From the NCBI RefSeq assembly GCF_046119375.1, contig NW_027362776.1, positions 6,758,001 through 6,822,000 of the forward strand: a stretch of 64,000 nt of DNA. The letters are read 5' to 3'. Source of the DNA: Phyllobates terribilis. Its lineage: Eukaryota. Made by a program: the position numbers and the translations under genes. The notes beneath the pieces were generated by a model. That model saw nothing but the letters and a program-made list of their open reading frames with translations. It was not told the DNA's origin and did no database searches. Positions 22,401 to 37,400 of this stretch are shown one piece after another (the first letter of the stretch is position 1; each line of letters starts with the position of its first letter).

Positions 22401-25400
22401 CAGAACACTGCTGGCACACTGATCAGAACACTGTTGGCACACTGATCAGAACACTGCTGGCACACTGATCAGAACACTGCTGGCACACTGATCAGAACAC
22501 TGCTGGCATATTGATCAGAACACTGCTGGCACACTGATCAGAACACTGCTGGCACACTGATCAGAACACTGCTGGCACACTGATCAGAACACTGCTGGCG
22601 CACTGATCAGAACACTGCTGGCGCACTGATCAGAACACTGCTGGCGCACTGATCAGAACACTGCTGGCGCACTGATCAGAACACTGCTGGCGCACTGATC
22701 AGAACACTGCTGGCGCACTGATCAGAACACTGCTGGCACACTGATCAGAACACTGCTGGCACACTGATCAGAACACTGCTGGCACACTGATCAGAACACT
22801 GCTGGCACACTGATCAGAACACTGCTGGCACACTGATCAGAACACTGCTGGCACACTGATCAGAACACTGCTGGCACACTGATCAGAACACTGCTGGCAC
22901 ACTGATCAGAACACTGCTGGCACACTGATCAGAACACTGCTGGCACACTGATCAGAACACTGATCAGAACATGGATGGCACACTGATCAGAACAGTGCTG
23001 GCACACTGATCAGAACACTACTGGCACACTGATGGAACACTGCTGGCACACTGATGAGAACACTGCTGGCGCACTGATCAGAACACTGCTGGCGCACTGA
23101 TCAGAACACTGCTGGCGCACTGATCAGAACACTGCTGGCACACTGATCAGAACACTGCTGGCACACTGATCAGAACACTGCTGGCACACTGATCAGAACA
23201 CTGCTGGCACACTGATCAGAACACTGCTGGCACACTGATCAGAACACTGCTGGCACACTGATCAGAACACTGCTGGCATGCTGGCACACTGATCAGAACA
23301 CTGATCAGATCATGGATGGCACACTGATCAGAACAGTGCTGGCACACTGATCAGAACACTGCTGGCACACTGATCAGAACACTGCTGGCACACTGATCAG
23401 AACACTGCTGGCACACTGATCAGAACACTGCTGGCACACTGATCAGAACACTGCTGGCATGCTGGCACACTGATCAGAACACTGATCAGATCATGGATGG
23501 CACACTGATCAGAACAGTGCTGGCACACTGATCAGAACACTACTGGCACACTGATGGAACACTGCTGGCACACTGATGAGAACACTGTTGGCACACTGAT
23601 GAGAACACTGTTGGCACACTGATCAGAACACTGCTGGCACACTGATCAGAACACTTCTGGCACACTGATCAGAACATTGATGGCATATTGATCAGAACAC
23701 TGCTGGCACACTGATCAGAACACTGCTGTCACACTGATCAAAACACTGTTGGCACACTGATCAGAACACTGCTGTCACACTGATCAAAACACTGATCAGA
23801 ACACTGTTGGCACACTGATCAGAACACTGCTGGCACACTGATCAGAACACTTCTGGCACACTGATCAGAACACTTATGGCACACTGATCAGAACATTGAT
23901 GGCATATTGATCAGAACACTGCTGGCACACTGATCAGAACACTGCTGGCACACTGATCAGAACACTGCTGGCACACTGATCAGAACACTGCTGGCGCACT
24001 GATCAGAACACTGCTGGCGCACTGATCAGAACACTGCTGGCGCACTGATCAGAACACTGCTGGCGCACTGATCAGAACACTGCTGGCACACTGATCAGAA
24101 CACTGCTGGCACACTGATCAGAACACTGCTGGCACACTGATCAGAACACTGCTGGCACACTGATCAGAACACTGCTGGCACACTGATCAGAACACTGCTG
24201 GCATGCTGGCACACTGATCAGAACACTGATCAGATCATGGATGGCACACTGATCAGAACAGTGCTGGCACACTGATCAGAACACTACTGGCACACTGATG
24301 GAACACTACTGGCACACTGATGGAACACTGCTGGCACACTGATCAGAACACTGCTGGCACACTGATCAGAACACTGATCAGAACACTGCTGGCACACTGA
24401 TCAGAACACTGCTGGCACACTGATCAGTACACTGCTGGCACACTGATCAGTACACTGCTGTCACACTGATCAGTACACTGCTGTCACACTGATCAGTACA
24501 CTGCTGTCACACTGATCAGTACACTGATGGCACACTGATCAGAACAGTGCTGGCACACTGATCAGAACACTGATCAGAACACTGCTGGCACACTGATCAG
24601 AACACTGATCAGAACACTGCTGGCACACTGATCAGAACACTGATCAGAACACTGCTGGCACACTGATCAGAACACTGATCAGAACACTGCTGGCACACTG
24701 ATCAGAACACTGCTGGCACACTGATCAGAACACTGCTGGCACACTGATCAGAACACTGCTGGCACACTGATCAGAACACTGCTGGCACACTGATGAGAAC
24801 ACTGTTGGCACACTGATGAGAACACTGTTGGCACACTGATGAGAACACTGTTGGCACACTGATCAAAACACTGATCAGAACACTGTTGGCACACTGATCA
24901 GAACACTGCTGGCACACTGATCAGAACACTTCTGGCACACTGATGAGAACACTGCTGTCACACTGATCAAAACACTGTTGGCACACTGATCAGAACACTG
25001 CTGTCACACTGATCAAAACACTGATCAGAACACTGTTGGCACACTGATCAGAACACTGCTGGCACACTGATCAGAACACTTCTGGCACACTGATCAGAAC
25101 ATTGATGGCATATTGATCAGAACACTGCTGGCACACTGATCAGAACACTGCTGGCACACTGATCAGAACACTGCTGGCGCACTGATCAGAACACTGCTGG
25201 CGCACTGATCAGAACACTGCTGGCGCACTGATCAGAACACTGCTGGCGCACTGATCAGAACACTGCTGGCACACTGATCAGAACACTGCTGGCACACTGA
25301 TCAGAACACTGCTGGCACACTGATCAGAACACTGCTGGCACACTGATCAGAACACTGCTGGCACACTGATCAGAACACTGCTGGCACACTGATCAGAACA

Positions 25401-28400
25401 CTGCTGGCACACTGATCAGAACACTGCTGGCACACTGATCAGAACACTGCTGGCACACTGATCAGAACACTGCTGGCACACTGATCAGAACACTGCTGGC
25501 ACACTGATCAGAACACTGCTGGCACACTGATCAGAACACTGCTGGCACACTGATCAGAACACTGCTGGCACACTGATCAGAACACTGCTGGCACACTGAT
25601 CAGAACACTGCTGGCACACTGATCAGAACACTGCTGGCACACTGATCAGAACATGGATGGCACACTGATCAGAACAGTGCTGGCACACTGATCAGAACAC
25701 TACTGGCACACTGATGGAACACTGCTGGCACACTGATGAGAACACTGTTGGCACACTGATGAGAACACTGTTGGCACACTGATCAGAACACTGTTGGCAC
25801 ACTGATCAGAACACTGCTGTCACACTGATCAAAACACTGATCAGAACACTGTTGGCACACTGATCACAACACTGCTGGCACACTGATCAGAACACTTCTG
25901 GCACACTGATCAGAACACTTCTGGCACACTGATCAGAACATTGATGGCATATTGATCAGAACACTGCTGGCACACTGATCAGAACACTGCTGGCACACTG
26001 ATCAGAACACTGCTGGCACACTGATCAGAACACTGCTGGCACACTGATCAGAACACTGCTGGCGCACTGATCAGAACACTGCTGGCACACTGATCAGAAC
26101 ACTGCTGGCACACTGATCAGAACACTGCTGGCACACTGATCAGAACACTGCTGGCACACTGATCAGAACACTGCTGGCACACTGATCAGAACACTGCTGG
26201 CACACTGATCAGAACACTGCTGGCACACTGATCAGAACACTGCTGGCACACTGATCAGAACACTGCTGGCACACTGATCAGAACACTGCTGGCACACTGA
26301 TCAGAACACTGCTGGCACACTGATCAGAACACTGCTGGCACACTGATCAGAACACTGATCAGAACATGGATGGCACACTGATCAGAACAGTGCTGGCACA
26401 CTGATCAGAACACTACTGGCACACTGATGGAACACTGCTGGCACACTGATCAGAACACTGCTGGCACACTGATCAGAACACTGCTGGCACACTGATCAGT
26501 ACACTGCTGTCACACTGATCAGTACACTGCTGTCACACTGATCAGTACACTGCTGTCACACTGATCAGTACACTGCTGTCACACTGATCAGTACACTGAT
26601 GGCACACTGATCAGAACAGTGCTGGCACACTGATCAGAACACTGATCAGAACACTGCTGGCACACTGATCAGAACACTGATCAGAACACTGCTGGCACAC
26701 TGATCAGAACACTGATCAGAACACTGCTGGCACACTGATCAGAACACTGATCAGAACACTGCTGGCACACTGATCAGAACACTGCTGGCACACTGATGAG
26801 AACACTGTTGGCACACTGATGAGAACACTGTTGGCACACTGATGAGAACACTGTTGGCACACTGATGAGAACACTGCTGGCACACTGATCAGAACACTGC
26901 TGGCACACTGATCAGAACACTTCTGGCACACTGATCAGAACATTGATGGCATATTGATCAGAACACTGCTGGCACACTGATCAGAACACTGCTGGCACAC
27001 TGATCAGAACACTGCTGGCACACTGATCAGAACACTGGCACACTGATCAGAACACTGATCAGAACATGGATGGCACACTGATCAGAACAGTGCTGGCACA
27101 CTGATCAGAACACTGCTGGCACACTGATCAGTACACTGCTGGCACACTGATCAGTACACTGCTGGCACACTGATCAGTACACTGCTGTCACACTGATCAG
27201 TACACTGCTGTCACACTGATCAGTACACTGATGGCACACTGATCAGAACAGTGCTGGCACACTGATCAGAACACTGATCAGAACACTGCTGGCACACTGA
27301 TGGGATCACTGCTGGCACACTGATGGGATCACTGCTGGCACACTGATGGGATCACTGCTGGCACGCTGATGGGATCACTGCTGGCACGCTGATCAGAACA
27401 CTGCTGGCACGCTGATCAGAACCCTGCTGGCACGCTGATCAGAACCCTGCTGGCACGCTGATCAGAACCCTGCTGGCACGCTGATCAGAACCCTGCTGGC
27501 ACGCTGATCAGAACCCTGCTGGCACACTGATCAGAACCCTGCTGGCACACTGATCAGAACCCTGCTGGCACACTGATCAGAACCCTGCTGGCACACTGAT
27601 CAGAACCCTGCTGGCACACTGATCAGAACCCTGCTGGCACACTGATCAGAACCCTGCTGGCACACTGATCAGAACCCTGCTGGCACACTGATCAAAACAC
27701 TGATCAGGACACTGATCAAAACACTGATCAGAACACTGATCAAAACACTGATCAGAACACTGCTGGCACACTGATCAAAACACTGATCAGGACACTGATC
27801 AAAACACTGATCAGAACACTGCTGGCACACTGATGAGAACACTGATGGCACACTGATCAGAACACTGATGGCACACGGATCAAATACTGATCAGAACACT
27901 GATGGCACACTGATCAGAATACTGATGGCACACTGATCTGAACACTGACACACTGATCAGAACACTGATGGCACACTGATCAGAACACTGATCAGAACAC
28001 TGATGGCACACTGATCAAAACACTAATGGCACACTGATCAGAACAATGATGGCACACTGATCAGAACACTGATGGCACACTGATCAGAACACTGCTGGCA
28101 CACTGATCAGAACACTGCTGGCACACTGACCAGAACACTGCTGGCACACTGATCAGAACACTGCTGGCACACTGACCAGAACACTGCTGGCACACTGACC
28201 AGAACACTGCTGGCACACTGACCAGAACACTGCTGGCACACTGACCAGAACACTGCTGGCACACTGACCAGAACACTGCTGGCACACTGACCAGAACACT
28301 GCTGTCACACTGACCAGAACACTGCTGTCACACTGACCAGAACACTGCTGTCACACTGACCAGAACACTGCTGTCACACTGACCAGAACACTGCTGTCAC

Positions 28401-31400
28401 ACTGACCAGAACACTGCTGTCACACTGACCAGAACACTGCTGGCACACTGATCAGAACATGGATGGCACACTGATCAGAACACTGATCGTAACACTGATC
28501 AGAACACTGATCGGAACACTGATGGCACATTGATCAGAACACTGATGGCACACTAATCAGTACACTGATGGCACACTGATCAGAACACTGATGGCACACT
28601 GATCAGAACACTACTGGCACACTGATCAGAACACTACTGGCACACTGATCAGAACACTGCTGGCACACTGATCAGAGCACTGATCAGAACACTGATGGCA
28701 CACTGATCAGAACACTGATCAGAACATGGATGGCACACTGATCAGAACAGTGCTGGCACACTGATCAGAACACTACTGGCACACTGATGGAACACTGCTG
28801 GCACACTGATCAGAACACTGTTGGCATACTGATCAGAACATTGATGGCACACTGATCAGAACACTGCTGGCACACTGATCAGAACACTGATCAGAACATG
28901 GATGGCACACTGATCAGAACACTGATAATACACTGCTGGTACACTGATCAGAACACTGCTGGGACTCTGATCACAACACTGATCAGAACACTGATGGTAC
29001 ACTGCTTGCACACTGATCAGAACACTGATCAGAACACGGATGGCACACTGATCAGAACACGGATGGCACACTGATCAGAACACGGATGGCACACTGATCA
29101 GAACACTGATGGCACACGGATCAGAACACTGATGGCACACGGATCAGAACACTGATGGCACACGGATCAGAACACTGATGGCACACTGATCAGAACACTG
29201 CTGGGACACTGATCCGAACACTGATCAGAACACTGATGGCACACTGATCAGAACGCTGATGGTAAACTGCTGGCACACTTATCAGAAAACTGATGGCACA
29301 CTGATCAAAACACTGATCAGAACACTGTTGGCACACTGATCAGAACACTGCTGGCACACTGATCAGAACACTGCTGGCACACTGATCAGAACACTGCTGG
29401 CACACTGACCAGAACACTGTTGGCACACTGATGAGAACACTGTTGGCACACTGATGAGAACACTGTTGGCACACTGATCAGAACACTGCTGGCACACTGA
29501 TCAGAACACTTCTGGCACACTGATCAGAACATTGATGGCATATTGATCAGAACACTGCTGGCACACTGATCAGAACACTGCTGTCACACTGATCAAAACA
29601 CTGATCAGAACACTGTTGGCACACTGATCAGAACACTGCTGGCACACTGATCAGAACACTTCTGGCACATTGATCAGAACACTTCTGGCACACTGATCAG
29701 AACATTGATGGCATATTGATCAGAACACTGCTGGCACACTGATCAGAACACTGCTGGCACACTGATCAGAACACTGCTGGCACACTGATCAGAACACTGC
29801 TGGCGCACTGATCAGAACACTGCTGGCGCACTGATCAGAACACTGCTGGCACACTGATCAGAACACTGCTGGCACACTGATCAGAACACTGCTGGCACAC
29901 TGATCAGAACACTGCTGGCACACTGATCAGAACACTGCTGGCACACTGATCAGAACACTGCTGGCACACTGATCAGAACACTGCTGGCACACTGATCAGA
30001 ACACTGCTGGCACACTGATCAGAACACTGCTGGCACACTGATCAGTACACTGCTGTCACACTGATCAGTACACTGATGGCACACTGATCAGTACACTGCT
30101 GTCACACTGATCAGTACACTGATGGCACACTGATCAGAACAGTGCTGGCACACTGATCAGAACACTGATCAGAACACTGCTGGCACACTGATCAGAACAC
30201 TGCTGGCACACTGATCAGAACACTGCTGGCACACTGATCAGAACACTGCTGGCACACTGATCAGAACACTGCTGGCACACTGATCAGAACACTGCTGGCA
30301 CACTGATCAGAACACTGGCACACTGATCAGAACACTGATCAGAACATGGATGGCACACTGATCAGAACAGTGCTGGCACACTGATCAGAACACTGCTGGC
30401 ACACTGATCAGAACACTGTTGGCATACTGATCAGAACATTGATGGCACACTGATCAGAACACTGCTGGCACACTGATCAGAACACTGATCAGAACATGGA
30501 TGGCACACTGATCAGAACACTGATAATACACTGCTGGTACACTGATCAGAACACTGCTGGGACTCTGATCAGAACACTGATCAGAACACTGATGGTACAC
30601 TGCTTGCACACTGATCAGAACACTGATCAGAACACGGATGGCACACGGATCAAAACACTGATGGCACACTGATCAGAACACTGCTGGGACACTGATCCGA
30701 ACACTGATCAGAACACTGATGGCACACTGATCAGAACACTGATGGTAAACTGCTGGCACACTTATCAGAACACTGATGGCACACTGATCAGAACACTGTT
30801 GGCACACTGATCAGAACACTGCTGGCACACTGATCAGAACACTGCTGGCACACTGATCAGAACACTGATCAGAACACTGCTGGCACACTGATCAGAACAC
30901 TGATCAGAACACTGCTGGCACACTGATCAGAACACTGCTGGCACACTGATCAGAACACTGCTGGCACACTGATCAGAACACTGCTGGCACACTGATCAGA
31001 ACACTGGCACACTGATCAGAACACTGATCAGAACATGGATGGCACACTGATCAGAACAGTGCTGGCACACTGATCAGAACACTACTGGCACACTGATGGA
31101 ACACTGCTGGCATACTGATCAGAACATTGATGGCACACTGATCAGAACACTGCTGGCACACTGATCAGAACACTGATCAGAACATGGATGGCACACTGAT
31201 AAGAACACTGATAATACACTGCTGGGACTCTGATCAGAACACTGATCAGAACACTGATGGTACACTGCTTGCACACTGATCAGAACACTGATCAGAACAC
31301 GGATGGCACACTGATCAGAACACTGATGGCACACGGATCAGAACACTGATGGCACACGGATCAAAACACTGATGGCACACTGATCAGAACACTGCTGGGA

Positions 31401-34400
31401 CACTGATCCGAACACTGATCAGAACACTGATGGCACACTGATCAGAACACTGATGGTAAACTGCTGGCACACTTATCAGAACACTGATGGCACACTGATC
31501 AGAACACTGTTGGCACACTGATCAGAACACTGTTGGCACACTGATCAGAACACTGCTGGCACACTGATCAGAACACTGCTGGCACACTGATGAGAACACT
31601 GTTGGCACACTGATGAGAACACTGTTGGCACACTGATGAGAACACTGTTGGCACACTGATGAGAACACTGTTGGCACACTGATCAGAACACTGCTGTCAC
31701 ACTGATCAAAACACTGATCAGAACACTGTTGGCACCCTGATCAGAACACTGTTGGCACCCTGATCAGAACACTGCTGGCACACTGATCAGAACACTTCTG
31801 GCACACTGATCAGAACACTTCTGGCACACTGATCAGAACATTGATGGCATATTGATCAGAACACTGCTGGCACACTGATCAGAACACTGCTGGCACACTG
31901 ATCAGAACACTGCTGGCACACTGATCAGAACACTGCTGGCACACTGATCAGAACACTGCTGGCGCACTGATCAGAACACTGCTGGCGCACTGATCAGAAC
32001 ACTGCTGGCACACTGATCAGAACACTGCTGGCACACTGATCAGAACACTGCTGGCACACTGATCAGAACACTGCTGGCACACTGATCAGAACACTGCTGG
32101 CACACTGATCAGAACACTGCTGGCATACTGATCAGAACACTGCTGGCACACTGATCAGAACACTGCTGGCACACTGATCAGAACACTGATCAGAACATGG
32201 ATGGCACACTGATCAGAACAGTGCTGGCACACTGATGGAACACTGCTGGCACACTGATCAGAACACTGCTGGCACACTGATCAGAACACTGATCAGAACA
32301 CTGCTGGCACACTGATCAGAACACTGCTGGCACACTGATCAGTACACTGCTGTCACACTGATCAGTACACTGCTGTCACACTGATCAGTACACTGATGGC
32401 ACACTGATCAGTACACTGCTGTCACACTGATCAGTACACTGATGGCACACTGATCAGAACAGTGCTGGCACACTGATCAGAACACTGATCAGAACACTGC
32501 TGGCACACTGATCAGAACACTGATCAGAACACTGCTGGCACACTGATCAGAACACTGATCAGAACACTGCTGGCACACTGATCAGAACACTGATCAGAAC
32601 ACTGCTGGCACACTGATCAGAACACTGATCAGAACACTGCTGGCACACTGATCAGAACACTGCTGGCACACTGATCAGAACACTGCTGGCACACTGATCA
32701 GAACACTGCTGGCACACTGATCAGAACACTGGCACACTGATCAGAACACTGATCAGAACATGGATGGCACACTGATCAGAACAGTGCTGGCACACTGATC
32801 AGAACACTACTGGCACACTGATGGAACACTGCTGGCACACTGATCAGAACACTGCTGGCACACTGATCAGAACACTGATCAGAACACTGCTGGCACACTG
32901 ATCAGAACACTGCTGGCACACTGATCAGAACACTGCTGGCACACTGATCAGAACACTGCTGGCACACTGATCAGTACACTGCTGGCACACTGATCAGTAC
33001 ACTGCTGGCACACTGATCAGTACACTGCTGTCACACTGATGAGTACACTGCTGTCACACTGATCAGTACACTGCTGTCACACTGATCAGTACACTGATGG
33101 CACACTGATCAGAACACTGCTGGCACACTGATCAGAACACTGATGAGAACACTGTTGGCACACTGATCAGAACACTGCTGGCACACTGATCAGAACACTG
33201 CTGGCACACTGATCAGAACACTGCTGTCACACTGATCAAAACACTGATCAGAACACTGTTGGCACACTGATCAGAACACTGCTGTCACACTCATCAAAAC
33301 ACTGATCAGAACACTGTTGGCACACTGATCAGAACACTGTTGGCACACTGATCAGAACACTGCTGGCACACTGATCAGAACACTTCTGGCACACTGATCA
33401 GAACACTGCTGGCATATTGATCAGAACACTGCTGGCACACTGATCAGAACACTGCTGGCACACTGATCAGAACACTAATGGCACACTGATCAGAACACTA
33501 ATGGCACACTGATCAGAACACTGATGGCACACTGATCAGAACACTAATGGCACACTGATCAGAACACTGATCAGAACACTGATGGCACACTGATCAGAAC
33601 ACTGCTGGGACACTGATCAGAACACTGATCAGAACACTGATCAGAACACTGATCAGAACACTGATCAGAACACTGATGGTACGCTGCTGGCACACTGATC
33701 AGAACACTGATGGCACACTGATCAGAGCACTGATCAGAACACTGATCAGAACACTGATGGCACACTGATCAGAGCACTGTTCAGAACACTGTTCAGAACA
33801 CTGATGGCACACTGATCAGAGCACTGATCAGAACACTGTTCAGAACACTGATGGCACACTGATCAGAGCACTGCTGGGACACTGATCAGAACACTGATCA
33901 GAACACTGCTGGCACACTGATCGGAACACTGATGGCGCACTGATCAGAACACTGATGGTACGCTGCTGGCACACTGATCAGAACACTGATGGCACACTGA
34001 TCAGAACACTGATGGCACACTGATCAGAACACTGATGGCACACTGATCAGAACACTGGCACACTGATCAGAACACTGATGGCACACTGATCAGAACACTG
34101 ATGGCACACTGATCAGAACACTGATGGCACACTGATCAGAACACTGATGGCACACTGATCAGAACACTGATGGCACACTGATCAGAACACTGATGGCACA
34201 CTGATCAGAACACTGATGGCACACTGATCAGAACACTGATCAGAACACTGATGGCACACTGATCAGAACACTGATGGCACACTGATCAGAACACTGATCA
34301 GAACACTGATGGCACACTGATCAGATCACTGTTGGTACACTGCTGGCACACTGATCAGAACACTGATGGCACACTTATCAGAGCACTGATCAGAACACTG

Positions 34401-37400
34401 ATGGCACACTGATCAGAACACTGATGGCACACTGATCAGAACACTGATGGCACACTGATCAGAACATTGCTGGCACACTGATCAGAACATTGCTGGCACA
34501 CTGATCAGAACATTGATGGCACACTTATCAGAACACTGCTGGGACACTGATCAGAACACTGATCAGAACACTGATCAGAACACTGATCAGAACACTGATC
34601 AGAACACTGATCAGAACACTGATCAGAACACTGCTGGGACACTGATCAGAACACTGCTGGGACACTGATCAGAACACTGATCAGAACACTGATCAGAACA
34701 CTGATGGTACACTGCTGGCACACTGATCAGAACAATGATGGCACACTGATCAGAACACTGATGGCACACTGATCAGAACACTGTTGGCACACTGATCAGA
34801 ACACTGTTGGCACACTGATCAGAACACTATTGGCACACTGATCAGAACACTGCTGGCTCACTGATCAGAACACTGCTGGCTCACTGATCAGAATACTGAT
34901 GGCACACTGATCAGAACACTGATGGCACACTGATCAGAACACTGATCAGAACACTGATGGCACACTGATCAGAACACTGCTGGGACACTGATCAGAACAC
35001 TGATCAGAACACTGATCAGAACACTGATCAGAACACTGATGGTACGCTGCTGGCACACTGATCAGAACACTGATGGCACACTGATCAGGGCACTGATCAG
35101 AACACTGATCAGAACACTGATGGCACACTGATCAGAGCACTGATCAGAACACTGTTCAGAACACTGATGGCACACTGATCAGAGCACTGATCAGAACACT
35201 GTTCAGAACACTGATGGCACACTGATCAGAGCACTGCTGGGACACTGATCAGAACACTGATCAGAACACTGCTGGCACACTGATCGGAACACTGATGGCG
35301 CACTGATCAGAACACTGATGGTACGCTGCTGGCACACTGATTAGAACACTGATGGCACACTGATCAGAACACTGATGGCACACTGATCAGAACACTGATG
35401 GCACACTGATCAGAACACTGTTGTCACACTGATCAGAACACTGATGGCACACTGATCAGAACACTGATGGCACACTGATCAGAACACTGATCAGAACACT
35501 GATCAGAACACTGATCGGCACACTGATCAGAACACTGCTGGCACACTGATCAGAACACTGCTGGCACACTGATCAGAACACTGCTGGCACACTGATCAGA
35601 ACACTGCTGGCACACTGATCAGAACACTGCTGGCACACTGATCAGAACACTGCTGGCACATTGATCAGTACACTGCTGGCACACTGATCAGAACACTGCT
35701 GGCACACTGATCAGAACACTGCTGGCACACTGATCAGAACACTGCTGGCACACTGATCAGAACACTGCTGGCACACTGATCAGAACACTGATCATAACAC
35801 TAATGGCACACTGATCAGAACACTAATGGCACACTGATCAGAACACTGCTGGGACACTGATCAGAACACTGATCAGAACACTGATGGCACACTTATCAGA
35901 TCACTGTTGGTACACTGCTGGCACACTGATCAGAACACTGATCAGAACACTGATGGCACACTGATCAGAGCACTGATCAGAACACTGATCAGAACACTGA
36001 TGGCACACTGATCAGAACACTGATGGCACACTGATCAGAACACTGATCAGAACACTGATCAGAACACTGATGGCACACTGATCAGAACACTGATCAGAAC
36101 ACTGATGGTACGCTGCTGGCACACTTATCAGAACACTGATGGCACACTGATCAAAACACTGATCAGAACACTGCTGGGACACTGATCAGAACACTGATGG
36201 CACACTGATCAGAACATTGCTGGCACACTGATCAGAACACTGATGGCACACTGATCAGAACACTGATCAGAACACTGATCAGAACACTGATGGCACACTG
36301 ATCAGAACACTGATCAGAACACTGATGGTACGCTGCTGGCACACTTATCAGAACACTGATGGCACACTGATCAAAACACTGATCAGAACACTGCTGGGAC
36401 ACTGATCCGAACACTGATCAGAACACTGCTGGCACACTGATCAAAACACTGATCAGAACACTAATGTTACACTGCTGGCACACTGATCAGAACACTGATC
36501 AGAACACTGATGGCACACTGATCAGAACACTGATGGCACACTGATCAGAACACTGATGGCACACTGATCAGAACACTGATGGCACACTGATCAGAACACT
36601 GATGGCACACTGATCAGAACACTGATCAGAACACTGATGGCACACTGATCAGAACACTGATGGCACACTGATCAGAACACTGATGGCACACTGATCAGAA
36701 CACTGATGGCACACTGATCAGAACACTGATGGCACACTGATCAGAACACTGATGGCACACTGATCAGAACACTGATCAGAACACTGATGGCACACTGATC
36801 AGAACACTGATGGCACACTGATCAGAACACTGATCAGAACACTGATGGCACACTGATCAGATCACTGTTGGTACACTGCTGGCACACTGATCAGAACACT
36901 GATGGCACACTTATCAGAGCACTGATCAGAACACTGATGGCACACTGATCAGAACACTGATGGCACACTGATCAGAACACTGATGGCACACTGATCAGAA
37001 CATTGCTGGCACACTGATCAGAACATTGATGGCACACTTATCAGAACACTGCTGGGACACTGATCAGAACACTGATCAGAACACTGATCAGAACACTGAT
37101 CAGAACACTGATCAGAACACTGATCAGAACACTGCTGGGACACTGATCAGAACACTGATCAGAACACTGATGGTACACTGCTGGCACACTGATCAGAACA
37201 ATGATGGCACACTGATCAGAACACTGCTGGCACACTGATCAGAACACTGCTGGCACACTGATCAGAACACTGTTGGCACACTGATCAGAACACTATTGGC
37301 ACACTGATCAGAACACTGCTGGCTCACTGATCAGAACACTGCTGGCTCACTGATCAGAATACTGATGGCACACTGATCAGAACACTGATGGCACACTGAT

